Of a stretch of DNA of 64,000 nt, positions 23,761-37,937 are shown piece after piece. This stretch comes from Eledone cirrhosa (taxonomy: Eukaryota): assembly GCA_964016885.1 (NCBI GenBank), contig OZ024742.1, positions 131,192,001-131,256,000 of the forward strand, written 5' to 3'. The notes below the pieces were generated by a model. That model was given only the letters and a program-made list of their open reading frames with translations, had not been told where the DNA came from and made no database searches. How positions within the stretch are numbered: position 1 is the first letter of the stretch; every line of letters starts with the position of its first letter. The position numbers and the translations under genes were made by a program.

Positions 23761-24369
23761 CTATATGGAATTTATTCTTTTGTTCGGTCAAGGGGGGTGA
23801 TAGATCCAATAGTCACTGCTGAATTCCTTCCAACCGCATTAGAGAAATTGTATAATTAATATGTATTAAGGATAAAATATATAAAATGATAGTTCTGGAT
23901 GGAAGAAAAGATTGCAGTTCTAGAGTGAATTAACTGTAAAAGAGCCTTTAGTTCAGAGTTTGATGATACACATATGCTACGAATGTGTTTGGACGAGGTT
24001 TATAGATTATAAGTTCAGAGAAGTAGAAACTGTAGTTTTAGGGGTAACAAAGAAAGAAAGAAGGACATTGCTCAGCTCATAGTAATATTCTGCAGAAAAA
24101 TAAATGAGTTATCTTTCGTTGCCTTGCTCCCCCCCTCTCTCTCCCCCCTCTCTCTCTCTCTCTCTCTCTCTGTCTCTGTTACACACACACACACTCTCCC
24201 TCTCCCTCTCTCTCTATGTCTGCGTCAGATGGTTAAATGTATATACATATTCAAATAAATTAAAAGCCTGAGTGAACTGTTGTACTTATAATTAAGAACA
24301 ATGCACCCAACGAAGGAAAAGAAAGTTAAGAGTCAAGGAAAATCTTGGAATAGTCCCCCTTCACACTTG

Positions 24370-25230
24370 CTTTCATGAACGCATCTGAGGTTCTCCACTC
24401 TCAGAGAGGTGCAGCCACAGAAGGGGGAGAGAATACTTAGCTGATCTCCTAAACCCGATCACAACAGCATCTTCTGATGTACATGAGGTGCAACTGGGAG
24501 TGATGTCTAACCTCTCGGTGGCTGAGGTTACAAGGGCAATTAAAGAGCACAAATGTGTCAAGGACGCTGGGGAGGATAACAGTCGAACCGAGATGTTAAA
24601 AGCCTTAAATAGAGAAGTGATTCTTTGGCTGACGTGTGTGTGATGGGTGGTCTGGATCTCTGGAAAGGCATCTAAGCGATGGCAATCAGGAGTGATGATC
24701 CCAATTTTCAGAAAGGAAGGCAAGAGAGATTACTCGAATTACAGAGAGATTTCCTTGCTACCCCGTTAAAGTCTATGCTAAGTCTCTTGCAAAAAATGTA
24801 GAGATATTGTTGAACCCAAGCTAGCTGACAAGCAGTATGGTTTTCGCCCCGGACGCAGCACAGCCGACTAGGTATTCACACTGTGGCAAGTCTTCAAGAT
24901 ATTGTTGAAGTATTGCCAACAGGCGTCTGTTTGTTTCTTAGACTTCGAAAATGCATATGACCGCGTTTCACGGGACCTATTGTGGAAGTTTCTGCAGGGG
25001 CATTGGATCGATGGACATCTTCTTGTTGCCCTGGTGTCGATTGCTGCACGGGAAGAATGAAAATCAATGCTGCGAAAACTTAGACACTCATCGCACATTC
25101 TATATGTGAGTGGAGTTCCACTGAAGCAGGTGGAGAAGTTCAAGTATCTCGGGGCCGTGTTCACATGTGATGGAAGTCAGGATGCTTAATCAAGCGCAGG
25201 AATTGCAGAAGCTGGTGCTGCAATGTAAAT
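24370..25230 (+). pseudogene. Decayed RTE-clade LINE reverse transcriptase fragment
   Basis: Manual translation: EVTRAIK...EMLKAL...WQSGVMIPIFRK..NYREISLL; QYGFRPGRSTAD*VFTL; CFLDFENAYDRVSR; LKQVEKFKYLG. It has stops, frameshifts and an internal deletion. Confidence 0.8.
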
Positions 25231-25851
25231 GTGCCATTGTTTCCGCCCATCAAAATCTTGTATATATATATGTGTGAGCTATATCTAAGTTGATTGTAAG
25301 AAAAAAAAGTGATGTAAAATGATATATACTATAAGTATTGATATATAACGATTGATATATAACGATTGATTGGCTTAAGAAGCATTACTTGTCCCAACGC
25401 CAAAATACTAGTCGATCTCCACAAAGAGTAGCAGAGAAAATCGTATGAAGTTCTAATGGGGATGGAAAACAATTGGACATATACATCTGCGAGGAATGAA
25501 ACCCCTTATTTATCCGATGCCAGGGGAGTGCGTTAAACGCAACGTTAAAGAATTGCTGGTCACCAATTGCGTCTTTTTCGGAGATTTTCAGCCATTAATT
25601 AGAAGTGTTGACTTAAGAAGCAGTGGGAATTTTTGAAATTTGAAAAGTGTGCGTCTAAAATAAATGATCATAACCATACCTCTATAAATCATATTTGAGC
25701 TTATCTATTGTGAGTGATTATTTTTCTTATGCGTTTGGGATGAGTATATTTCTATTTTTAAGGTAAGGAAAAGACATTTTTCGTTGAGTCATGTAAGGTA
25801 CATAGAATTGGGACAAATATAGTAATGAAAATAGAAATAACATGAATATAC

Positions 25852-25884
<33 letters not shown>

Positions 25885-25934
25885 TGTATGTATGTATGTA
25901 TGTATGTATGTATGTATGTATGTATGTATGTATG

Positions 25935-26800
25935 TTTTCTCTTTCTCTTAATTTCGGGTATATTTTTTTTGACCGGCCACCTTCCTGGTGGCAAGATTGT
26001 AAAAGAAAAGAAATTGTCATCCCTTGAATCGCAAGAATGTTTTGCAAATTTTGAAGGTGCCAGCTATCGCAGCCATTTGTAGACTATGAATTAGGGAGCT
26101 GCGCTTTTTGTCCGCAAATCCAAGTTCAGTCATACTTTGGTCCAAGCGGGTTGGTATATAACCCGTAGCACCAATAATGATGGGTATGAAGCTAAAGGTG
26201 TATCTTGGATACTGGATTTGTAAACTCCTCATCAATGGTCCGTAGATTTCCTCCTCCTGTATTTTTTTGACAACGTTTACATCAAGTGGGCAGCTGATCT
26301 CCACAACAGAACACGTTTTCAATATGTGGTCCCAAACTACAATATCAGGCCGGTTGTGCTTTAATTTGGTGGCAGTTTTTATTTTCAGGTTCCACCAGTA
26401 TTCCTTAGTGCCACCTGTCTCAATATATTCTTCCTCGGTTGTTGTTAATTTTGTTTTCCGAAGTGCGTTCCAGATGGTTCTAGCTATCCCATCGTGTCTC
26501 ATGGGGAGGTAGTAGCGAGATGACATTCTTTCGCAGCTGGCAACAAAGTGGCTTACATCCTCGATCTTTGTTTTACATAGCCTACATTTATTGTCAGCTG
26601 CTGGCCCTCCTCTTTTGTGCAGCAGATATTTGGTAGGGAGTTCTTGTTCCTGTATTGCATAGAGATATCCCTCAAGGTGTGATGTCATAAACTTGTCGGA
26701 ACTCCATGCCAGGCTTTTTTAGTGGTTTATCCCCTCTATGGTCTGTGTTTTACGCCTCAAGTATCCATGCACAACTTTTTCTGTAAATTGGTCAATTTTT
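25935..26800 (-). mobile_element. 5'-truncated R4/Dong-type LINE (zinc knuckle + REL endonuclease) flanked on both sides by (CATA)n
   Basis: ORF 26017-26688: AIQEQ, CRLC..H..C, RHD, RPDIVV...VVEISCP. Nearly identical to 39968-40825. Confidence 0.92.
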
Positions 26801-26848
26801 TATGTATGTATGTATGTATGTATGTATGTATGTATGTATGTATGTATG

Positions 26849-27283
<435 letters not shown>

Positions 27284-27385
27284 CATACATACATACATAC
27301 ATATGTGCATTTATATATATATGCATATTCATGTTATTTCTATTTTCATTACATTATTTGTCCCAATTCTATGAACCTTACATGA

Positions 27386-27881
27386 CTAAAAGAACAATTT
27401 CGATACGTAGTGAATGTCTTCATGTACCACCAGCCTAATGAGCTTTTCATCCACGCCTTTCTCCTTTGCAATGGCACACATCGACTTGCTAGGTTCATTG
27501 TTGATGATATCCTGAACTTCAGCGACGAATTCGGGCGTTCTGAAGGCGTCAGTTCGTCGATCATATGTTTTCCTCTCTGAGGTTGCGTCGTAATCGAATC
27601 CTGAATCTTTCAATTCCTTTCTGACCTTTTCCACCATTCTCCTGCTGACGCTGAGAAAGTCTGAAATTTCCTTATTTGTCCTCCTGGTGCGGATTCCAAG
27701 AAGAACTCTGTGTCTCTTCCACAAATTTGGAGGTTGAAAATTATTCATAATCAATTATTCTGAAAATAAATAATGGAAATATAGTCACTGTTTTTATGAA
27801 GACAAGAGTGACAACGGAAGTAAAAAAAAATTGCATAAAATTAGCAGTTGAAAATTGCGAACAAATATCGTCCACGCCCTG
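27386..27881 (-). mobile_element. 5' fragment of a Tc1/mariner-superfamily (maT/DD37D-like) transposon
   Basis: The end reads TA|CAGGGCGTGGAC at 27881. ORF 27386-27754 encodes a paired HTH N-terminus (EISDFLSVSRRMVEKVRK...RTPEFV...PSKSM..IAKE.GV....IR..VHED). Confidence 0.7.
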
Positions 27882-28097
27882 TATATACACACAGACACAC
27901 ACACATATATATGTATATATATATATATAATCCTCTCCATATGATCAAAACCATTTTCTATAGAAAAACAGATACGTAAATATGTCGGCATACGAATAAA
28001 ACAAACTCACACACACATTCACAAACGCACACACATATTTATGCCTAACTAGAACATTGTGTACAATTTTCTGCAGCGTCTTAACGAATACATATAT

Positions 28098-28134
<37 letters not shown>

Positions 28135-29177
28135 TATCCCCCCCCCCCCACACACACATCCATATATATATATATATATATATCTTTCCATAAGTATATA
28201 TGTTTGCAGACATGAAAACATTTATTTATAATTGTATTGAAATAAACATACAGATACACACACAAGCACACATATACGCACACACACACACACACACACA
28301 CAAGCACACATATACGCACCCACACACACTCCCAGACACGCACATACACAACGCATACTCACACACACACACACACAAGCACACATATACGCACCCACAC
28401 ACACTCCCAGACACGCACATACACAACGCATACTCACACACACACACACACAACACATACACACACACACACACACAACTACACATGAATAGAAACGCTG
28501 GCTGGTTAAGAGGGAACCTATTTAGACGTGATATGTTATTTGGTAGCTTGCTGTAAGCGGCTTATGGCAAGAAAAATATGACATTATGAGATAGAGGAAA
28601 AGAACTGGAAGTTTGTTCTGAAAGAAAACCAGCAAGAGTAGGAAAAACAAGAACGAAGATCATATACCTAGTCAGAAACACCAGGCGAAGAAGCAAAAAT
28701 CAATATTAAATTGGCATTGGTGAGGAGCGTAGTAAAACGCAATGAACTAAAGAATAAATAGTTGGAAAGACTTTGATACAAACCAACATATATAAGGAGA
28801 CATTTAGAAAAGTCTACTGTGGAACCCGTATAAATGGTGATGAGAAGATAGAAATGTATATATATATATATTTTATATATAATGTATATATATATATATA
28901 AAATATTGATCCCTCAATTGTGGAATTTCGTGTATTCATGTAAATGATATATATATATATATATATATAAAATACGGAAACATTTGTAAGCACACAGAAT
29001 AAATTACCTTTTTATGATGTCTACCTGTTATTATTCATTCTTTGTCTACACTCCGGAATACAGAAGGATCAGGAACTAAGTTTCTTCAACAATTCTTCCA
29101 TAACTCGTTGAGTAACCTCTCACCGTACGTCAACTCTATCCAGTGTAGTAATTAACCATTACTGCATCTAGGATAAT

Positions 29178-29231
<54 letters not shown>

Positions 29232-30549
29232 TATATATATATGCAAATGAAAAATGCTGCAGCGGGTCTGGTTTCCTGATTCGTGTACGCAATTTGATAT
29301 GAGTTTAATCGATGGTAGACACCCCCATCTTCTATTCTATGTGTATACGCTCCCAGCGATTTATGATGTATTTATTTAATGTCCATTATATATGAGGATC
29401 TGAAAGTTAAAACACGAGGTTTTAAGCCCTAATATTAGATTTAGATTAGTCACATTTAGCAGCAGTTTAAATTAACAGTTTTTCATATCTCAGGAGGTGA
29501 ATACGGAATGATGCATAGTAGCACATATCCATCACCACAACAAATTTATCGGCGGATTCCTTTATCAACGTGAATGCTGCATAATTACACATTTTTCACA
29601 TAGTTTATTTTAATTCAATCTTTTTTTCCTTCAATAGTCAATTGTCTAATGTCTGGAAATTGTCGCGACAACCTTATTTACTATGTCTGAAGCAACTCTT
29701 GATATTTTCTTCATGAAAAATATTTTCTGCCTCTTTCTCGTCTCCGTGCTGTTGTATCACAATTTTGTGTCCTCTTGCACAGGTTTTGTTCTTTCATAAT
29801 GCTGTATATGTAATCTTTGTCCAGTGTTGAAGAAGAGACGGAACTCATTCGGTTTAATACATTATATTTTCACTTGAAAATGAAGCTGTTAGAAATTGCT
29901 AAATCTCAATCTATCGCCTTAAGAAGGCACTGAATATTTTAATCATATGAATACGCGAAAAACATACAGGATGGTCATGGCCGGAATAACTCTGATTAAA
30001 TACAGTCTAACCGTGCATGCAGCTGCTAGTGAAAGTTAACATGGCTACGTTATTTTGGTGAATATTTATATGGTAACTAGCTGGCCCCGTGCCATAAAAA
30101 ATGACGGCTAAAGGGTAGATGTGTATTTGAATATACTTTTCAACTGAGGTCGTTTTATATTCTTGATAATTCTAATTTATTTCGATATTGCTTGGGACTT
30201 GGCTCCTTGGACAACACACACACATACACATGCACTCACACACGTACACTCACACACACACACACACTTTTACACACAAACACTCTCAAAAGTGTAGTCA
30301 ATCTAAGAACGCTAGTTAAAAATGATTATTACATACACACACATCTACACAAACATACACATAAACAGACTCAGAGAAAATAATGATTACATGCACACAC
30401 ATATATGTGTGTGAATATATGTGTGTGTGTGTGTTCACATGTATACATTTATATGTATGAGTAACAGTTGTAGCGAACGCTGTTCTCTGTTTTCTATAGT
30501 TTATCACAGCCTCCTTCCTTCCACACTCACCACATAGATGCGTGTATAT

Positions 30550-30740
30550 CGGTAGATTGGCAGTATCGGTAGAGAGTTAGATGCCATGCTTTACAGCATA
30601 TAGTTATGGACTTTTACGATTTGAGTTCTAATCCCGCCGAGGTTAACTTTGCCTTTCATCCTTGTGGGGGCGATAAAATAAAGTACCAGTAATGTACTGG
30701 GATAATTGCTGGCCTTGTGCCAAAAGTAGAAACAATTATT
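30550..30740 (+). mobile_element. SINE family 1, full copy
   Basis: Matches the family consensus end to end. Confidence 0.9.
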
Positions 30741-31692
30741 TTGTATAATGTATATATTTATGTATATGTATATATTTAGTCCCTTTGCGTGTGGTATAAA
30801 AACACAAGAGCATTATATATTAGTAGATATTTAAGTGACGCTATTGTAGTTAAAGGGAGATAATTTGTTAGGAATTTACATATTTTATAAATTAGAATGT
30901 TATTTTTACGTCGTACATAGGTTTAGGGAAGTTAATAGGAATTGCAGAATACACGAATTTAATTAAAATTTAGTTGAAGAAAACTAAGTCGAACTAAATA
31001 AAATCGAATCGCTATCATTTTTCATTCAAAATTGGTTCGAACTTTTCAGTAGAATTATTTTCTGTTATGTTTCTTTTAACTATGCATCAGTCATTTCCAC
31101 GTCTCTACTGGCTGGTATGCCCAACTTAGACAATTTTCCATTGTAAAATACCTTCGTCCAAGCTGTAAATCTTAAGTTAAAATAATTTCTAAAATTCATA
31201 ACTCGCTCAACGTTTCTAAAAAAAATGATTGTTTATTCACAGACTGGCTGAATAGATAAAGCCTAAAATATCGAGAACATTTGTCAGCCTGTTTTGGTGT
31301 AACTAATAGCACAGCCGCCTGGTGTATGGTATATGTGTATTCGAGTCAAACAAGCAGCGCTGACATATTTTTTTGTCTCTAGTGGCTGATATGTTAGACT
31401 ATTTTTCATATTCAAAAACCTGTGCTGAAACTTTAAGATAACATATTTTAAGATAACTTATTTTCTAAAATTTATAAATCGCTCAAAGTTTCTAAAAAAA
31501 TTATGAATATTTATTTATTAAAAGATAAGGACAAAATTAACAGGAAAAATGTCAGTCTGCTTTGGTGCAAATGGTAGTATCACCACCAGGCATACGCTGT
31601 CGACTTTTTCCGTTTCAAGAGTTGATATGCCCAAATTTGTTAAACTAAGTTTCATATAAAAAAAAAAAGAAAATGCGTAGAAGCTGTTTACC

Positions 31693-31825
<133 letters not shown>

Positions 31826-32042
31826 TGTATGCATAGACGCAAGCGGAAAGTGAAACTAATATTTTTTTAACCTCATATGTCTGACAATGTGTATACAGGG
31901 GAGATTAGTGAGTTACAGGTTATACAGTATTGACCAAAAGGTCAGCGAGTAAGAATACGACAACACCAGTATATTGACGATGCTGATGATAATATTCAAG
32001 GAGATGTCTTGGATCAGAATGCTATTAATATTAGCAATAATA

Positions 32043-32222
32043 ATTGTTTCTACTTTTGGCACAAGGTCAGCTATTACCCCAGTGTATTACTGGTACTTTA
32101 TTTTATCGACCTCGTAAGGATGAAACTTCGCCGGGATTTTAACTCAGACTGTAAAGGAGCGTACCTCTAAGCTGCAAAACATGGCGTCCGACCCTCTACC
32201 GATACTGCCAATCCACCGCCCT
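32043..32222 (-). mobile_element. SINE family 1
   Basis: Consensus match with a small internal deletion. Confidence 0.85.
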
Positions 32223-32283
<61 letters not shown>

Positions 32284-32284
<1 letters not shown>

Positions 32285-33357
32285 TGACTATCTACAACAT
32301 GTTCCACAAGAGGAGTGATGTCGATAGACTCTACCTAAGGAGATCTGAGGGTGGAAGAGGTCTTATCAGCATAGAGGACTGTGTTCAGATGGAGAAAAAC
32401 AACCTATACAAATACGTGACCTATAGTAAGGAGCCAATGCTCAGAGCTGTACTGAAGGAGGGGACAGTAGGCCAGGGGATATCCAAGGAGGAAATAACAT
32501 CAAGGAGGAAGAGCAGCCTTAAGGGAAAATCCCTTCATAGTACCTTCTTTGAGAAAACTGAATTTAGAGATCCACAGACATGGAACTGGTTGAGAAGAGG
32601 AGACCTCAAAAAGGCTACAGAAGGAATGCTAATGGCTGCGCAGGAGCAGGCCCTCAAAACGAAGTGGTTGAAGCACCATATCTACAAGGAGGAGGCTAGC
32701 CCACTGTGCAGGATCTGTGGAGAGAGAGAGGAGACTGTGGCTCACATTGTGTCCGAGTGTAAACACCTAGCCCAGACCCACTATAAGGGCTGGAGACACG
32801 ATGTGATGGGCAGGGTGATCCACTGGCACCTGTGCAAAGTAAACAATCTACCACATTCTGAGAAATGGTATGAGCATAGGCCAGAGGCGGTGATGGAGAA
32901 CAGTCAGGTGAAGGTGCTGTGGGATTTTAGGATACAGACGGACAAAAAACTGGAACACAATAGACCTGACCTGGTGGTTGTGGACAAAGAAAAAAGATCG
33001 TGCCTGATTGTGGATGTGGCCTGCCCGTTCGACACGAGAGTGCAAGAGAAGGAGAGGGAGAAAATTAACCGATACCAGGACCTAAAGTGGGAGGTGAAAA
33101 GGATTTGGAACTGCCATGAAGTCAAAGTGATCCCGATTGTCATAGGCGCACTGGGGACTATCTCCAAAGGTTTCCAGGGATGGTTAAAGAAAATCGGCCC
33201 CTTCACGCTTTTTGGAACGCTTCAAAAGGCATGCTTGCTTGGAACGGCAAGAACCCTCCGATACGTCCTGAATATCTGAGGCTGCAGGTAGTGGCTTGAT
33301 ATTCAATCCAACGGACTTTCCAGTTAACCAACATCAATGACTGAGATTCAAGGAATA
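32284..33357 (+). mobile_element. 5'-truncated R4/Dong-type LINE (second family) inserted in (TAA)n
   Basis: Open 331-codon frame: RLYL.R.EGGRGL, AAQEQAL, CRIC...H...C, RHD, RPDLVV...IVDVACPFD...EK...Y. (TAA)n lies upstream and a TAA/CAA tail downstream. Confidence 0.93.
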
Positions 33358-33386
33358 ACAATAACAATAATAATAAAAATAATAAT

Positions 33387-33892
33387 AATTGTTTCTAATT
33401 TAGGCACAAGGCCAGCAAATACCCAGTGCATTACTGGTACTTTATTTTATCGACCTCGTAAGGATGAAAGGTAAAGTCAACCTCGGCGGGATTTGAACTC
33501 AGATCGTAAAGGGACTTAACTATGCTGGAAAGCATTGTGTCCGACCCTCTAACGATACTGCCAATAATAATGGTTTCTTATATAGGCACAAGGCCCGTAA
33601 TTTGGAGGAAGGGGAAGTCGATTAAATCGACCCCAGTGGGTGACTGGTACTATATTTTATCGACGCGATAAGGATGAAAAGCAAAGTTAACCTCAGCGGG
33701 ATTTTCAGCTCAGATCATAAAGAGCCGTAACTCTATGCTATAAAGCATGGCGTCCGACCATTGGTGTTGTTATCGTTTTTGGAGTTGGTGTTGTTGTTGT
33801 TGATTTCGTTGTTGTTTTGGGGTTATTGGAGTCGTTATTGCCTTTGTTTTCTTGATTTGTTTCGTTGTTGCTGTTGGTGCTGTGGTTTTTCA

Positions 33893-33926
<34 letters not shown>

Positions 33927-34251
33927 GATGTTATTTTTGTTGTTATTGTTTCTTCCGTATGTTTTTTGGTTGTCGGTGCTGTTGTTGTTTCTGTTGTTGA
34001 CAATACTACCTACATGTATGCTAGGAGCGGTGTCACTTAGCTCAATGTCACGTGACAGCTAGTTTAACGTTTCAAAAAAAAATTTTTTTCGAACAAGATA
34101 AAGTTCAAATATTTGGGGCAAAGGCTCAAATATTGTAAGGTCTGCCCTCTTTAAAACAAAAAATCCAACAAAATAACAATATAACAGGTTAAATCAACAA
34201 CACTTACAAGAGCTCAAAAATAACACATCCGTACACATCAACCGCCAAAGA

Positions 34252-34327
<76 letters not shown>

Positions 34328-34328
34328 G

Positions 34329-34367
<39 letters not shown>

Positions 34368-34572
34368 ATAATAATAATAATAATAATAATAATTGCTTCT
34401 ACTTTTGGCACAAGGCCAGCAATTACCCATTGCATTACTGGTACTTTATTTTATCGACCCCGTAAGGATAAAAGGCAAAGTTAACCTCGGCGGGATTTGA
34501 ACTCAGAATGGCAAGGGCCGTAACTCTATGCGTCAAAGCATGGCGTCCCACCCTCTACCGATACTGCCAATC
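33387..34572 (-). mobile_element. Three SINE family 1 copies (33387-33565, 33570-33760, 34390-34572) among trinucleotide repeats
   Basis: Consensus matches. Confidence 0.85.
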
Positions 34573-34577
34573 GCGAG

Positions 34578-35202
34578 GAGAAGAAGAAGAAACAAGAAAG
34601 AAGAAGAAGAAGAAGAAGAAGAAGAAAGAAAGAAAGAAGAAGAAGAAGAAGAAGAAGAAGAAGAAGAAGAAGAAGAAAGAAAGAAGAACACGTATAACAA
34701 GAAGAAGAAGAAAGAAAGAAGAAGAAGAAGAAGAAGAAGAAGAAGAAGAAGAAGAAGAAGAAGAAGAAGAAGATTAATAAGAATATTTTTTGAAAAATAT
34801 ATAATGTTAATGTTAGAAAAATTTAAATCTACCTAAAGGGGGAAAAGAAAGATGAAAGGAAAAGAAAAATAAGAAAAATAACAAGAAAAGGAAAGACAAC
34901 ATTCGAAGAAGCAACATCAAGAATATTGAGGATGGACATTTATGGCAAATAGCTGAAGACTTTCATGTGAAACTGCAACGAAAGGGTCACGTAAAAAAAA
35001 AACATGTCGGCTAATGGATGCCAGAGAAATATGACATATAAAGCAGTAATAATAATAATAACAACAATGATGATGATGATGGTGGTGGTGGTGATGATGA
35101 TGATGACGGTGGTGGTGATGGTGATGATGGTGATGACGGTGGTGGTGGTGATGATCATGATGATGGTGATGGTGATGATGGTGATGATGGTGATGTTGAT
35201 GA

Positions 35203-35236
<34 letters not shown>

Positions 35237-35578
35237 GGTGATGATGGTGATGATGATGATGATGATGATGGTGATGGTGATGATGAGGGTGATGTTGATG
35301 ATGATGATGATGATGGTCGTGGTGGTGGTGGTGATGATGCTGATGGTGATGATGATGGTGATGGTGATGATGGTGATGATGATCATGATGGTGATGATGA
35401 CGGTGATGGTGATGATGATGATGATGGTGGTGATAATGATGGTGTTGGTGGTGATAGTGATGATGATGGTGATGATGGTGGTGATGATGATGATGATGAT
35501 GATGGTGGTGATGATGGTGGTGATGACGATGATGTTGATGATGATGGTGGTGATGATGACGACGATGATGACGACGAC

Positions 35579-35609
<31 letters not shown>

Positions 35610-35690
35610 GTGATGATGATGGTGATGATGTTGATGATGGTGATGATGAATATGATGATGATGATGGTGATGATGATGGTGATGATGCAA
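34578..35690. repeat. (GAA)n tract and long (GAT/GGT)n mosaic
   Basis: Direct inspection. Confidence 0.92.
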
Positions 35691-35779
35691 TCATCAGCTA
35701 GCAATAAAATTCAAAGAAAACGCCCACAATAAATACACGGTCACATAACCATAATAATAATAATAATAATAATATTAAT

Positions 35780-36230
35780 AATTGTTTCTACTTTAAGCAC
35801 AAGGCCAGCAATTTGGGGAGAGGGTAAAGTCGATTAAATCAACCCAAGTGCAATACTAGTGCTTTATTTTATCGACCCCGTAAGGATGAACGGCAAAGCT
35901 AAACTCGGTGGGACTTGAACTCAGAATGTAAAGGGCTGTAGCTCTATGCCATGAAGCATGGTGTCCGGCGTTCTACCGATACTGCCAATCCATGATAATG
36001 ATAATAGTAATGTGTTTCTACTTTTGGCACAAGGCCAGCAAATACCCAGTGCATTACTGGTACTTTATTTTATCGACCCCGTAAGGATGAAAGGCAAATT
36101 TAACCTTGGCGGAATTTGAACTCAGAATGGAATTGTCCGTAACTCTTTGCGTCAAAGTATGGCGTCCGACGCAAAGAGTTACGGCCCTTTTCATTCTGAG
36201 TTCAAATCCCGCCAAGGTTAACTTTGCCTT
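35780..36230. mobile_element. SINE family 1 cluster (two - copies, one + fragment inverted against the second)
   Basis: Consensus matches. Confidence 0.8.
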
Positions 36231-36289
36231 GATAATAGTAATAATAACAATGATATTAATAATGGTAATAATCATAGAATAATAGAAAT

Positions 36290-36460
36290 CCGAAAAAAAG
36301 AAGAATGAAGACACTGTGCAATAATAGATATAGCATCTCCGGGTGACAAAAGAATGTCGGAGAAAGATGGAGGAAAAGTCAAGAAATCCTGAAATGTGAA
36401 AAGAAGTATTGCAGGAGTGTGGAGTATGAACAATGTGGAAATTGTGTCAATCTTGGTACA
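36290..36460 (+). pseudogene. Highly decayed R4/Dong REL endonuclease fragment
   Basis: Manual translation ...CAIIDIASPGDKRMSEK...K...VWSMNNVEIVSILV resembles the REL region of 32284-33279. Confidence 0.5.
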
Positions 36461-37937
36461 TTCACGAATCAGGAAGCGATCAGTATTATTGCTGATATCT
36501 TTAAATGACACTTCATACCATTCTGATACAAGACACAAGTCTATACACCAGTGTATGCCTTAATATTTCTGCATGTTTGGAGGTTGTGTTTCTGGTCTAA
36601 AAAAACAAAGCAAATGGTCTCCTTGATTCTGCTCTACCGAAAACCAGTAATTTCTCCGCATATATTTGAGAAGGCTTCGTTTTTAAGGACATTTCAAAGA
36701 CCTTTCAGCGTTATAAGTAACACATATTCTCAGTTCTTTTCTTTTGGTGACACTTGTACGTATTCCACTGGCAGAGAGAGACAATATTCTTTGTAATATG
36801 TCTTATCTAGATTGAATATCATTTGTGCCTCGAAAGATTTATATTCTTGTATTTTGAGTCACTTAATACTCCAACAAGTGTGCTATTAACAAGCAAAGTA
36901 GCGGAATCGTTTTCTTTGGCCAAGATGGTAAGATTTTGTCAATTTTCTTGTCAACATTTCAACTAAAGCTATCCAAATTAGTATGTTTGGGTATCAATCT
37001 ATTAATGATTTCCCATTGATTATGTTCTGCATTAATGTCAAGGTAGCCATTAAATTGTTTTGTTTTTCTTTTTACTGTTTGCTCTTTGTAACATATGTTG
37101 TTTTTTTTTGTAAATTTTCTTTTTAAAAATGATTACGAGAGGTGTTGAGTGATGAGAGATTACGAGAGGTGAAGGAACCAGCAAGCTCTGAGAAGCAACC
37201 AGGTACCATAGATGTGTTTTAACAACGATTATGAGAGACGAAGAGACTAGTGATTATGAAAGGTTAAGAAACCAGCAAGCTTTCAGTAGTAATCAGGCAC
37301 AAGAAAGATGAAGGATAACCGTCTTCTGTCTCCCTCGAAACTGAACATCTGCCTTGTCATAGTTGTGGTGTGATGAAATAATTTTACTTAAAGTAGGAAC
37401 AGCACAATAATGACATTTCCCTTTCTGTTAAAATATCGCATCAAATAAAAATCGACACATGTCAAAATAGAGAATTTCTAACAAAGTTGCTTTAGCTTTA
37501 AGATTTATACAGATAAAATATTCATACAGATAAAATGATATTATTTAACAGCCGGCATCTCGAGATGTGTGTTTATATTGCCGAGTTGATAGTTGTTTTC
37601 TCCTGTATATAGCAGAAATTCGATATATAAAGATCTGTCTTAAGTTTTGGTTATAGATACTTCACATAATTACGTCACTGATACTCTTCAGATGAATACC
37701 CATTTATTCCATCGACATATCTCTCCTTTCCACATTATCCTTAACGTGTCACGTTTCCCAGACTCTGCACTAAATACATTTCTACTGCGTAACATCAGAA
37801 ACTGAAATTCTCTAGGAAACAATACTCCGTCAATAGAATTTAGATAACAATGAAAGTATAGTTAGATGCTATGTGTTAGAACACTTCTGCATATTTTCAC
37901 TGTTCCTCAAATAGACTGGACAAGCAGAATATGTGTT

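Noticed and set aside
30550-30740. tRNA genes (A/B boxes, GAGTTCAAATCCC)
   Set aside because: The boxes are separated by a non-cloverleaf segment and always followed by the same core and tail, so these are SINE heads. The same applies to 23385-23450.
34917-35732. Poly-His / poly-Met-Val ORFs
   Set aside because: These are translations of a (GAT/GGT)n microsatellite.
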